DNA from: Coriobacteriales bacterium | GTDB taxonomy: Bacteria > Actinomycetota > Coriobacteriia > Coriobacteriales > UBA8131 | Direction: 5' to 3' | Length of the DNA: 64,000 nt | Assembly: GCA_031277035.1 (NCBI GenBank) | Contig: JAISLY010000060.1 | Location: 21,012 to 85,011 of the forward strand | Shown: positions 1-9,496 of the stretch, one piece after another | How positions within the stretch are numbered: position 1 is the first letter of the stretch | Layout of the letters: each line of letters opens with the position of its first letter | Made by a program: the position numbers and the translations under genes | The notes under the pieces: model-generated | What the model saw: only the letters and a program-made list of their open reading frames with translations | What the model was told of the DNA's origin: nothing | The model's database searches: none

Positions 1-1416
1 GGTGCCGTTGTTTATCGTGTACGCATCGACCGTATAACCGCCCACCTCGCTGATTGCTATGCGTGTCCCTGCCTGTCTGGGGTCCACGATATGCCGCTCC
101 AACGGACTTTCTTCAGCGCCGGAGAAATCACGATGCAGGCCAAGCACGGGAGTGAGCGTGAAGCTTTGAGACTGGGGGTCAAGGCCCATAATCTCATGGG
201 TTATCGAGGGAACCTGTGTAACGGCCGCTTCCTTAGATGCAGCAAAATCGGCAGCTTCCTGAGTATAGGCGGTCCTCGTATACAGGACTCCCGCGTTATC
301 CTTCTCATCGGTAATCAGGAAGTCACTCATACTGAGAGAGCCCGCCGTGCCATCGACAACGGCTACCGTGCCAAAGGGGCCGACGGAGAGCTTGTCGAGC
401 CCAAGCTCGGAAGTGCCCTCAGAAGTCGTAAAGGTATAGACGCCCGGCTCGGCCACCCGGTCCAGGGCCGCCGTCGTGCTTTTATCCACACTGAGATTGA
501 ACGCTCCCTCTACCGCGGCCTCGCGCATCGTGTCGCCTCCGTCGGCAACCCAAAGGCCAGCAGGCAGTGTAATCTTGAGATCGAACGTGTCCGGCAGCGC
601 CACACCAAGAGTCTGATGGAACATCACCGTGATGGTGCGCTCGTCGATGTAGTAGGGGTCGCGCTCAAAGATTCCATTGGTGCCGGACTGCCCCACGATA
701 TTCTGCTCGTCCACGGTGCACTCGATGGCCGGCGGCAGGAGGCTCTGCAGGTCGTTCCATGCGGGCAGCCTCTTATCCGCCCAGTCGCCATGAATCGTCT
801 CTGCGCTGATGGCCTCGTCATAACGGATGGTAAAGAAGGTGTTGATAAAGTTGTCGTCTATCGCAAGCGCATCAAGCGTGATGCTGCCGCCGTCGAAGGA
901 AAGCGTCTGCCCAACAGGGGCGTTGCCCTCCTCCAAAGCGTCCTGCATGGCCACGGAATAGGTGGGCGTATTCGCGTCGCTCAGATCGCCTGCGGCCTGC
1001 GTCGCGTTTCCCAGACCGCCAAAGAAACTGAGTTCGCCCGTACCCATCTTCACGAGCAGGCCGCCCACGGCATAGGCCGAAGGAACCCCCACAACAAGCA
1101 CGATTGCCGCGACCAGCGCGACGGCGAACCTGCGCGGCATACGACGCGCGGGGCGCTCGGCGGCGGGGCGTGCGGCGGCGGGGCGTGCGGCGGCGGGGCG
1201 TGCGGCGGCGGGGCGTGCGGCGGGGCGTGCGGCGGGGCGCTCGGTGGCGGGGCGTGCGGCGGGGCGCTCGGTGGCGGGGCGCTCAAGCCCCAGCTTGGCA
1301 AAGGTCTGCTCGGTAAGTGCCTCGGCGTCAAAGGCCACGGGTTCAAGCTCTGCCAACTCGCTCATGTCAAACACCCTTGGTGTCGGTGTGTCGTTTCTCA
1401 TGGTGTCGTCTCTCAT
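1..1416 (-). CDS. Anti-sigma factor-like membrane protein (DUF4179-like), runs off the left edge of the window
   Basis: Not in the ORF track; read by hand. AAGGAG RBS then ATG at 1416 (MRDDTMRNDTPTPRVFDMSEL...). An RPAAA repeat region is followed by a single TM helix (RRFAVALVAAIVLVVGVPSAYA) and a large extracytoplasmic region. The frame stays open to position 1 and lies directly downstream of an ECF sigma gene. Confidence 0.75.
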   Translation of the reverse strand, partial: MRDDTMRNDTPTPRVFDMSELAELEPVAFDAEALTEQTFAKLGLERPATERPAARPATERPAARPAARPAAARPAAARPAAARPAAERPARRMPRRFAVALVAAIVLVVGVPSAYAVGGLLVKMGTGELSFFGGLGNATQAAGDLSDANTPTYSVAMQDALEEGNAPVGQTLSFDGGSITLDALAIDDNFINTFFTIRYDEAISAETIHGDWADKRLPAWNDLQSLLPPAIECTVDEQNIVGQSGTNGIFERDPYYIDERTITVMFHQTLGVALPDTFDLKITLPAGLWVADGGDTMREAAVEGAFNLSVDKSTTAALDRVAEPGVYTFTTSEGTSELGLDKLSVGPFGTVAVVDGTAGSLSMSDFLITDEKDNAGVLYTRTAYTQEAADFAASKEAAVTQVPSITHEIMGLDPQSQSFTLTPVLGLHRDFSGAEESPLERHIVDPRQAGTRIAISEVGGYTVDAYTINNGT

Positions 1417-1466
1417 GGTGTACTCCTTGTCGATAAAGATACGTGCGGCAAACGTTCCTGCCCGGA

Positions 1467-2084
1467 TCAGCCAATCGCCTGATCATTGAGATGTCTGCGC
1501 AGGATTTTGCGGCTGCGGTACAAACGGCTCTTGACAGCAGGAACAGTCGTCTCGGCCGCAGCCGCAAGGTCGCGCAGACTTTCGCCGTCAAGGTAGTGAC
1601 GCTCAAGCAGCTCTCGCTCCATGTGTGGAAGCGTTTCGAAGGCGGAGGGCGATCCGTCAGGGCCATCGGCCATCTCAAGGTGCGCCCTGTCAGCGACCGT
1701 GCCTGGGTGCTCCCTGTCAGCGACCGTACCAGGGTGCGCCCTGTCAGCGGCCGTGCCAAAGTGCTCCCTCTCGAGGTTCTCCATATCGCCAACCGCCAGT
1801 TCCGGTCGCAGTGAGCGCAGTCGTTTGAGGGCGGCGTTGCGCGTTACCACCGCAAGCCAGGGTTTCAGTCGACTGTCCCTGCGAAGCCGGGACGCGACCG
1901 TCCACAGCACGGTAAAGGTATCCGAAGCAAGCTCCTCGGCGTCCTGGCGGCTACCGGCCGTGCCAAGGGTGCGCAGCGCCACCGCCATGACATAGCCGCC
2001 GTAGCGGGCAATCGCCGCCTCCAGGGCCCGAGGCTCTCGTTTCTGGAGGCCCTTGAGCAGCTTGCGCTCATCATCGAATCTCAT
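1467..2084 (-). CDS. ECF RNA polymerase sigma-70 factor
   Basis: Region 2 (DAEELASDTF..LW..LKPWLAVVTRNAALKRLR) and region 4 (SLRDLAAAAETTVPAVKSRLYRSR). AAAGGAG RBS precedes ATG 2084. Confidence 0.92.
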   Translation of the reverse strand: MRFDDERKLLKGLQKREPRALEAAIARYGGYVMAVALRTLGTAGSRQDAEELASDTFTVLWTVASRLRRDSRLKPWLAVVTRNAALKRLRSLRPELAVGDMENLEREHFGTAADRAHPGTVADREHPGTVADRAHLEMADGPDGSPSAFETLPHMERELLERHYLDGESLRDLAAAAETTVPAVKSRLYRSRKILRRHLNDQAIG

Positions 2085-2255
2085 ATGGGCGGACTCCTTT
2101 CCTGGACGAATCCCTCTGCGCTGCACGAATCGTTTCACGCTGGACGAATCCCTCTCAGAAAACGCCCCCAACGCAGCCTACTGCTTTGCCGGCACTATAG
2201 GAAGCCAGAAATGCCGCAAAAAGTAGCACGAGGCGAATCTGGTATCGACGGGATG

Positions 2256-2353
2256 ACGGCACGGCATCGCTATATGACAGCGTGGCGTCGCTACATAACG
2301 GCGCGGCATCGCTACATAACGGCGTGGCATCGGCATATAACAATGCGGCATCG
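2256..2353. repeat. 21-bp degenerate tandem repeat (cggcatcgctacataacggcg-like, ~4.5 copies)
   Basis: Visible directly in the intergenic sequence. Confidence 0.85.
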
Positions 2354-2410
2354 GTACGGTAGCATCCCCTGAAAGCGGGTGGCCTGCCCCCGCTGCTCCG
2401 ATAGACTGGA

Positions 2411-2432
2411 TAAATGAACGTACGTTTATTTA
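2411..2432. promoter_or_regulatory. AT-rich palindrome TAAATGAACGTACGTTTATTTA, candidate repressor operator (TetR-like)
   Basis: 22-bp inverted repeat with one mismatch, ~120 bp upstream of the ABC exporter start. Confidence 0.5.
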
Positions 2433-2549
2433 ATTGAGCGTGCGTTTCTTTTATGGCCTTGTATGGCTTCCGGTATGGTTTCGTATGGCTTCCGATGTGG
2501 CTTCCAGTATGCTTGCCCGCGGATGCCGAAGCTCTCGAAAGGAGGGATC

Positions 2550-3539
2550 ATGGGGCGGACTATTCTGCAGACTCACGATCTCATCAAGCGATATGGCGAC
2601 TTCACCGCGCTGAAACGCGTATCGCTGTCACTGTACGAAGGTGACATCTACGGCCTTGTCGGGCGTAACGGCGCGGGAAAGACGACCTTCTTCAAATGCG
2701 TGATGGGCCTTGCCCGGCCAAACTCGGGAAGCATCGTCATCGGAGAGGCGGGCGACAAGCTCAATGCCGCACGGCATCGTATGGGCTTTATGATTAACGC
2801 CTCGTTTTTTCCCTACCTTGGCCCCCGGGAAAGCCTGGAGTATCTCTGCCGTGTTAAAAAGATACCAGCGCGGCGCGAGGAGGTCACCCGTCTGCTCAAA
2901 CTCGTGGAACTCGACACCGTAAAAAAACCGTTTAAGACCTTCTCCCAGGGCATGAAGCAGCGTCTGGGCATTGCGGGAGCCCTGCTTGGCTCCCCTTCCA
3001 TCGTGGTTCTCGACGAACCTATCAACGGGCTTGACCCCCAGGGTATCGCCGACATTCGCGACATCATCAAAAGCGCACACCAGGTCTCGGGCGCGACCTT
3101 TATCATCTCCTCACACATCCTCAGCGAACTCGACCTGGTGGCCACTCGCTTTGGCTTTATAGAGCAGGGCGTGCTGCTCAGGGAGATTACGCACGAGGAG
3201 CTGCACGCGCAGACCAAAAAATCGCTGACGCTCAGGGTCAGCGACGCAGTGCGGGCGCAGGCGCTCCTCCAATCGCAGCCTGGCGGCATTCAGGTAAGCA
3301 GTTCGGGAGACTGCCTGACCATCGAATCGCATCTCGATGAACCGCAGCTCATCTCCCGCATGGTGGTGGAAGGCGGAATAGAACTCTTTGAGATGCGCCA
3401 CGCACAGACAACGCTGGAAGACTACTTTATCCATTTGATACGTACTGCCGAGGCGGCTGGCCTGACCAACGGTGAGGATGGGTCGGGCCTCACAAATCGA
3501 AGCGGCAAGAAGGGAAGGAGAGGTGCGCATTATGCTTAG
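2550..3539 (+). CDS. ABC transporter ATP-binding protein (BcrA/bacitracin-lantibiotic type)
   Basis: Walker A GRNGAGKT, signature FSQGMKQRL, Walker B VVLDEPINGLDP, and SSH switch. GGAGG RBS precedes ATG 2550. Confidence 0.93.
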   Translation: MGRTILQTHDLIKRYGDFTALKRVSLSLYEGDIYGLVGRNGAGKTTFFKCVMGLARPNSGSIVIGEAGDKLNAARHRMGFMINASFFPYLGPRESLEYLCRVKKIPARREEVTRLLKLVELDTVKKPFKTFSQGMKQRLGIAGALLGSPSIVVLDEPINGLDPQGIADIRDIIKSAHQVSGATFIISSHILSELDLVATRFGFIEQGVLLREITHEELHAQTKKSLTLRVSDAVRAQALLQSQPGGIQVSSSGDCLTIESHLDEPQLISRMVVEGGIELFEMRHAQTTLEDYFIHLIRTAEAAGLTNGEDGSGLTNRSGKKGRRGAHYA

Positions 3540-4278
3540 TTACTTCCGAGGCGAAGTCTATCGTCTGCTCCACAAGCGGAGTATGTATCTCTACTTTGGC
3601 ATCCTGGCAGTGGGATACTGCCTGCTCTCCTTCGCCCGCTCTGACACCTTTACTGCCGGCTCGATTCTCTCCGACGCAGAAAACCTCTACTCATATCTCC
3701 CCGCGCTGGCAGGCGGTTTTTTGTTCGCGGCGGTGTTTACCGACGACCTGCAGTCAAAGAACCTTGCGACGCTCGTGGGCTTTGGTATGAATAAGGCCAT
3801 GATCGTGGTGAGCAAATTCATCCTGATGCTTCTGCTCAGCGTCATCGTCTATGCAGGCGTCATGCTCCTTACCTGGGCGATACACGCCGCCTTTGGTTGG
3901 CCGCCTTCCGCAGACACGATGGGGCTCGTCGGCCTGTTTGCCCTGCGAAACCTGCTTACGACCGTCGCCTTCGCCGCAGTCGCGGGCATCCTGGTCTACG
4001 GTCTGCAACGAAGCACCTTTGCCATCGTGTGCTACCTCATTCTTGTGCTGGGCATCGTCGACGGCCTGCTGGTTCAGGCCTTCATGCTGGACTTCTTTAC
4101 GGCTATCGCCCCAGACCTTGGCAATCACCTCCTGGAAAGAATCGCAAACCGTATCCTTGGCGGATTGCTGGAGAGCGGCACGGTGCCACTGCTTGCGGCC
4201 ATTGAATACGTCATCTATCTCATTGTATCGATTGCGCTCTCGGTGCTCGTCTTCACCCGCAGGGAGCTGGAGTTCTGA
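3532..4278 (+). CDS. ABC-2 type transporter permease
   Basis: About 6 hydrophobic segments; overlaps the ATPase stop codon; N-terminus MLSYFRGEVYRL is typical of the family. Confidence 0.85.
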   Translation: MLSYFRGEVYRLLHKRSMYLYFGILAVGYCLLSFARSDTFTAGSILSDAENLYSYLPALAGGFLFAAVFTDDLQSKNLATLVGFGMNKAMIVVSKFILMLLLSVIVYAGVMLLTWAIHAAFGWPPSADTMGLVGLFALRNLLTTVAFAAVAGILVYGLQRSTFAIVCYLILVLGIVDGLLVQAFMLDFFTAIAPDLGNHLLERIANRILGGLLESGTVPLLAAIEYVIYLIVSIALSVLVFTRRELEF

Positions 4279-4617
4279 GAGGGGCGGGGGCTTCGCCTTC
4301 GCCCGCAGGTGAGCCCTCCGCTGCCCGGGGAAGTGCCGCTGTGTGCATTGCGCGCCCTCGTGCGGCCAGGCAATGAATCGGCACATCCCAAGGGAAGCGC
4401 CTGCAGATTATAATAACCGTTGATTTTGGGTTTCTCGTTATCGAAGAGGCAGTGTTGATAGGAGAACTCCCACAGAGCCCCAAAGAGGTAGGGTCAAGCG
4501 CGCTCCCTTTTTACCATCACAAGGGAATGTCGAGTGTAAGAGACACAGATATTCAATATGTGATAAAATGTCGAACATAAAAGACATCATGTCCCAATTG
4601 TTTTGGAGTTTTGTCTT

Positions 4618-5817
4618 ATGGTCATCAGGGAGTTCTATCTGAGCAAGGTGCGGCCTTTTATCGACAAGGATGTCGTAAAGGTGTTGGTCGGTATGCGACG
4701 GTCGGGAAAGAGCACGCTGCTCGTGCAGCTGCGTGACGAGCTTGCCGCAAGGGGTGTGCCGGCGAAGAGCATCGTTTTCATGAACTTCGAGTCGGAAGCT
4801 CTGGCATCGCTGCGCCAGGACAAGGCGCTTTATCATCACATCCGCTCCGTTGCCGACAACGCGGAAGGCAAGCTCTATCTTCTTTTTGACGAAATACAGA
4901 TCGTCGAGGCGTGGGAGCGCTGCGTCAACTCCCTGCGGGTGGATATCGATTGCGACATCTACCTCACCGGATCGAACGCACGGCTCCTGGCAGGGGAGCT
5001 CGCCACTTTGCTGGCGGGGCGTTATGTCTCCTTTGAGGTCATGCCGTTCTCGTTTCGCGAGTTCCTGTTGGCCGCACCGAACATCCCACCGCATGATGCT
5101 TTTGACATCTACCGCGTCTTTGGCGGCATGCCCTTCCTGCCGCAGATTCAGTTTGACCCCGAATCGAGTCTCACCTATCTCAACGATGTCTACAACTCCA
5201 TCGTCCTCAAGGACATCGTCACTCGCCACGCCTTGCGCGATGTCGAGCAGCTCGACCGCATCGTGCGTTACCTGTTCTCTGAGGTGGGTACGACGCTCTC
5301 AGTCAAAAACATCGTCAACCAACTTTTCAATGAGCGTATCGGCATCTCCCGCGACACGGTCTACCGCTACCTTAATGCTTGTGAGGATGCCCTGCTGCTC
5401 ACGCGCGTCAAGCGCAAGGACATCATCGGCAAGGAGCTGCTGCGCGCCGCAGAGAAGGTATACCTCACAGACATCGGTATGCGTGAGGCACTGCTGGGCA
5501 CCAATCAGACAAGGGTCGACCTGATATTCGAGAACATCGTTGCAAACGAGCTGCGGCATCGTGGCTATCGCGTCTACATCGGAAAGCTGGGCAGACGAGA
5601 GATAGACTTCGTCGCCGAGCGCCACGACACGACCATCTATGTCCAAGTCGCCTACCTGCTGGCAACCGACGAGATGATTCGACGCGAGTTCGCCGCCCTA
5701 CAGGACATACCGGACAACTTTCCCAAATACGTGGTGAGTGCAGACGAGGTCGATTTCTCCCAAAACGGTATCCGCCACCAAAACATCAGGGGCTTCCTCC
5801 TGTCAACAGAGTATTAG
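4618..5817 (+). CDS. AAA_14 ATPase with C-terminal DUF4143 (PD-(D/E)xK-like) domain
   Basis: GMRRSGKST Walker A, LLFDEIQ Walker B, LTGSNA, KVYLTDIG, and REIDFVAE..YVQVAY. Confidence 0.9.
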   Translation: MVIREFYLSKVRPFIDKDVVKVLVGMRRSGKSTLLVQLRDELAARGVPAKSIVFMNFESEALASLRQDKALYHHIRSVADNAEGKLYLLFDEIQIVEAWERCVNSLRVDIDCDIYLTGSNARLLAGELATLLAGRYVSFEVMPFSFREFLLAAPNIPPHDAFDIYRVFGGMPFLPQIQFDPESSLTYLNDVYNSIVLKDIVTRHALRDVEQLDRIVRYLFSEVGTTLSVKNIVNQLFNERIGISRDTVYRYLNACEDALLLTRVKRKDIIGKELLRAAEKVYLTDIGMREALLGTNQTRVDLIFENIVANELRHRGYRVYIGKLGRREIDFVAERHDTTIYVQVAYLLATDEMIRREFAALQDIPDNFPKYVVSADEVDFSQNGIRHQNIRGFLLSTEY

Positions 5818-6059
5818 TAAACGTCAATCGCTGTTTTCGCCATGCTCACACCTTTCCATTGTGAGCAACAATGGAAGGCATTTGCAGTACATTGTTAAAC
5901 ACGCGACACGCTCAGCGACCTTCATTGATACGGCTCGATGGTAAGGTCATACAATGAATCGACACTTTCCCAGAGCGAGCTGGAGATAAAACGCAACATC
6001 GAATAGGTCAGGGAGGTGTCGATTGAGCTCCGGATTGAGCCCCGGATTGAGCCCCGGAT

Positions 6060-7091
6060 TTAGCCCCGGATAGTCCAGCCCTTTGCCTGCTCGACGATAA
6101 AACCCTCAGAGGCGAGGGCTGTGAGGATGGCCTGCAGCTCTTCAAGGGACAGGTCGGGGCGAGAGGCCCGGTGCTCGGCTCGGTTGAGAGAGACACACAA
6201 CTCCTCAGTCGTCGCCTCGCCCAATGCCAGAAGCTCCCGCAGAAGCCAGGCCCGTTTCTGCCGCACCGAGCCCTCGAAGCGCGATTGTCGCGTGTGATGC
6301 TTTGAGGCACGAGAAGGGTTTGGCAGGGTCTTTTTGAGATGATTTCCGTAGTCGAGTAACGCGTAGTACCAGCCACGGGGGTCGACGCGGTCGCAGGTGG
6401 CTTCGATGAGGGGGATGATTTCGCGGTCATGCACCGGGCCGCGCGTTGCGTCGGGTTGTGAGTCGGGCACCGGGCCGCGCTCTGCGTCGGGTTGTGAGCC
6501 GGGCGTCGGGCCGCGCTTTGCGTCGGGTTGTGAGCCGGGCGTCTGGGCGGGTTGCGGGTCAGCCGTCGGGCCAGCCGTTGAGCTGCCCGACGGGTCGAAT
6601 AACAAGGCGGACTCCGTAAAGAAGTGATGCAGGAAGACCGCGCGGACATTGGTCTCCAGATAGACCTGGGGCTCGTTGAAGGCAAAGATGCAGACACCCG
6701 AGGCGGTCGCGGGCCCCACTCCGGGCAGGGTAAGGAGGGTGTCGCGCGTCGCAGGTATCGTGCCCTTATGGTCGTAGGCGATACGCTCTGCGGCCCGTTT
6801 GAGGGCAAGTGCTCGACGGTTGTAGCCCAAACCCTGCCAGAAGGACAAAACGTCGGTGGTGGAAGCGGCAGCCAGTGCCTCAGCGGTCGGAAAGGCCGCC
6901 GAGAAGCGCGACCAGTGGCGCAACACGCGCGAAACCTGTGTCTGCTGCAGCATGACCTCGCTTAACAACACCAGCCAGGGGTCGCGCGTGTTGCGCCAGG
7001 GCAGGTCTCGATACAGACGCGCACCCTCTGCTCGCACGAGTGCACAAAACGCCACAAGGGCCTCTTCGGTCGCGCAAGTCGCCTGCGTCAT
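6060..7091 (-). CDS. mutY: A/G-specific adenine glycosylase MutY (short form without Fe-S cluster motif)
   Basis: RDLPWR, SEVMLQQTQV, WQGLGYNRRA, and HhH motif LPGVGPATA. No CX6CX2CX5C motif. ATG overlaps the upstream stop codon (ATGA). Confidence 0.88.
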   Translation of the reverse strand: MTQATCATEEALVAFCALVRAEGARLYRDLPWRNTRDPWLVLLSEVMLQQTQVSRVLRHWSRFSAAFPTAEALAAASTTDVLSFWQGLGYNRRALALKRAAERIAYDHKGTIPATRDTLLTLPGVGPATASGVCIFAFNEPQVYLETNVRAVFLHHFFTESALLFDPSGSSTAGPTADPQPAQTPGSQPDAKRGPTPGSQPDAERGPVPDSQPDATRGPVHDREIIPLIEATCDRVDPRGWYYALLDYGNHLKKTLPNPSRASKHHTRQSRFEGSVRQKRAWLLRELLALGEATTEELCVSLNRAEHRASRPDLSLEELQAILTALASEGFIVEQAKGWTIRG

Positions 7092-9382
7092 GTGATGTTT
7101 GCCGCCGCATAGAACGCTTCGCGTACGGCCTTGGTGACCGTGCCCGCTCTTGCGTTGCAATCGCCCACATGAAAGGTCTGTGCGACCAGATTGTCAAAGC
7201 GCGCGGCCTGCCGCTCCCTCGGCCGCACCCCGACAGAAAGCAGCACGGTGTCGCAGTCAAGCTTGCGGCGCTCTCCTGAGACATCGGCGAGCAGTACGCC
7301 GGCCTCAAGCACTTCCTCAAGCCGCATCTTCTCAAGCGTCTGCACTCCGGCATCGAGAGCCATCTGTCGCAAAGTCGCGCTGATGAGCAGGGAGGTCTGC
7401 GGATTTGCGTCAATCTCTGCGATGGTTCGCAGATCCACCAGCGTGACCTCATGCCCCTTTTGAGCAAGAGAGACGGCGGTCTCGGTCCCGGTCAGGCCCG
7501 CACCGATGATGACGACCCTGCCACCCGGCTGTACCAGGCCTGCATCCGCGTCCACCGCCAGTGCCACGTTTGCGCGATTTATGCCGGGGATGCGGGGAAT
7601 AATCTGCTCGGCACCGATTGCCACAATCAGCGCGCAGGGCTGCTCAGCAACAAGCGCCTCGGGCGTACCCGGCGTCTCCAGGCGGACGTCGATTGCCACG
7701 GCTCTCAGGGTCTCGGCCACCGACCAGTCAAGATAGCGTCGCAAATCTCCCTTGATTGGATTGGCCGAGGCCAGGCGCAGGGTGCCACCCAGATGGCCGG
7801 TGGCCTCGAGGAGGATGACGCGATAGCCGCGCTGAGCAGCCCTGCGCGCTGCCTCCATGCCCGCACAGCCACCGCCGATGACAAGAACCTTCTGAGTAGA
7901 CACGGCTCGAATTGCGGGTGGGGCGAAGGCGAGAGGTGGGGCCTGCTCAACAGGTGGGGCGAGGGTGGGGGCGGATGCGAGAGGTGGGGCCTGCTCAACA
8001 GGTGGGGCGAGGGTGGGGGCGGAGGCGAGAGGCGGGGCCTGCTCAACAGCTGCGACCTGCTCAACAGCTGCAACCTGCTCAATGGACGCGAGGGGGCTCC
8101 TCTCAAAGGCATCGAACTCAAGATTGCGACCGCTTATCGGATTGACCGAACAGCGCAGGGGCTTTGGACAACCATGCGGGTCGTCCCCGGTGCAGATGCA
8201 GCAGCGGATACACGGTCGGATTCGCTCACCTTCGCCACGCCGCGCCTTGTTTACCTGCTCGGGGTCGGCGATAAAGGCCCGTATCATGGCGACCGCATCC
8301 GCCTTGCCCTCGGCCAGGGCCCGCTCGGCGAGCTCCATCGTAAAGGAGCCGACCGTGACCACGGGGATGTCCAGCACCTGCTTAAAGCGTGCGGCGTACG
8401 CCACATTGGTCGCAAGCGGCAGATAGGTAGGCTGGATGACCCGGCTGATTGTCTCCGGCGCCGTCATGTCGCCCACCGAGACGTGGATGAGGTCTATCTT
8501 ATTTTGGATAATCTTGGCAAACGCCAGGGATTCGTCTACCCCGACGCCATCGGGCGTCAACTCGTCGGCGCTGATGCGCCACTCGATGGCCATCTGTGCG
8601 CCGATGCGCTCGCGCACCGCGTCGAGCAGCTCGTTTGCAAAGCGGCAGCGGTTTTCCATCGTGTCGGCCCCGTACTCGTCGTCGCGCTGGTTACGGGTGC
8701 GTGAGTAGAATGTGGAGAGCACATGGCCGTGCCCGCCATGAAGCATAATCAGGTCAAAGCCGCCCTTGTAGCAACGCTCTGCGCTCCGGGCAAAATCCGC
8801 GATGATTCCCCTGATCTGCTCGCGGCTCAGTTCGTGCGGCAGGCGTTCGTCGCGCAGGTTGAGTTCGATGGAAGCCAGGGCGCCATAGCGGTGGATGGCG
8901 TCGGTCACGCGCACGAGCCCATGCACGATAAAGGGATCCGACAGGTTGATGACGTAGTGATTGGCCTCGGCGTAGGCCTGATTGATGGGGCTGTCCCCAA
9001 CGGTCACGATGCCGGCGCCGCCACGCGCCATCGCCGCGGTGAAGCGGATGAACTCCTCGGTCACCTGGCCGTCTTTGGTGGCGAGAAAGGGCTCCGCCGG
9101 TGAAACCTCGATACGGTTTCGGGCGGTGAGTCGGCCAAAGTGCAGCGGCCTGAAGACGTGTGGATAGTGCTGAGGGCTTGCGCTGTCGAGCGGATGGTGC
9201 TGAGGGCTTGTGTCAGGCCGCACATCGCCGCCATCACCGGGCCGCGCATCGCCGCCATCGCCGGGCCGCGCGTCGCCGCCATCACCGGGCCGCACATCGC
9301 CGCCATCGCCGGGCCGCGCCTTCTCTCCGTCAATCTGAACGCTTCCCCCGTCGCTTACGCGGCCTCTGTCGCTTTGCGTCAT
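7088..9382 (-). CDS. Old Yellow Enzyme-family NADH:flavin oxidoreductase (2,4-dienoyl-CoA reductase/BaiCD-like; FMN, 4Fe-4S, FAD)
   Basis: TIM-barrel motifs (ARGGAGIV, GFDLIMLHGGHG, NQRDDEYG..ENRCRF), CIRCCIC..C cluster motif, and two dinucleotide-binding motifs (VIGGGCAG, IIGAGLTG). Confidence 0.9.
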   Translation of the reverse strand: MTQSDRGRVSDGGSVQIDGEKARPGDGGDVRPGDGGDARPGDGGDARPGDGGDVRPDTSPQHHPLDSASPQHYPHVFRPLHFGRLTARNRIEVSPAEPFLATKDGQVTEEFIRFTAAMARGGAGIVTVGDSPINQAYAEANHYVINLSDPFIVHGLVRVTDAIHRYGALASIELNLRDERLPHELSREQIRGIIADFARSAERCYKGGFDLIMLHGGHGHVLSTFYSRTRNQRDDEYGADTMENRCRFANELLDAVRERIGAQMAIEWRISADELTPDGVGVDESLAFAKIIQNKIDLIHVSVGDMTAPETISRVIQPTYLPLATNVAYAARFKQVLDIPVVTVGSFTMELAERALAEGKADAVAMIRAFIADPEQVNKARRGEGERIRPCIRCCICTGDDPHGCPKPLRCSVNPISGRNLEFDAFERSPLASIEQVAAVEQVAAVEQAPPLASAPTLAPPVEQAPPLASAPTLAPPVEQAPPLAFAPPAIRAVSTQKVLVIGGGCAGMEAARRAAQRGYRVILLEATGHLGGTLRLASANPIKGDLRRYLDWSVAETLRAVAIDVRLETPGTPEALVAEQPCALIVAIGAEQIIPRIPGINRANVALAVDADAGLVQPGGRVVIIGAGLTGTETAVSLAQKGHEVTLVDLRTIAEIDANPQTSLLISATLRQMALDAGVQTLEKMRLEEVLEAGVLLADVSGERRKLDCDTVLLSVGVRPRERQAARFDNLVAQTFHVGDCNARAGTVTKAVREAFYAAANIT

Positions 9383-9496
9383 CGCGTATCGCTCCCCTTC
9401 CCGTATCGCTCCCATTCGTCTCCCGCGGCTCTCTCTACTATAGTACTATGGAACCGAGCGTTGCCCCCTTGTCATTGCGTCACTGTTTGGGAATGT

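Noticed and set aside
91-1482. 463-aa plus-strand ORF with GGACGG repeats that looks Cys/Gly-rich or RiPP-like
   Set aside because: It is the antisense shadow of the minus-strand anti-sigma gene, which has an RBS, a TM helix and the expected position after the sigma factor.
4305-4404. 6S RNA or SRP RNA identity for the hairpin
   Set aside because: It lacks the SRP GGAA-loop/AGCAG motif and the 6S central bubble and length. Kept only as an unassigned hairpin.
4618-5817. AAA_14/DUF4143 gene as a defence island or mobile element
   Set aside because: It is a solitary gene of a widespread family, with no integrase, partner genes or terminal repeats visible.
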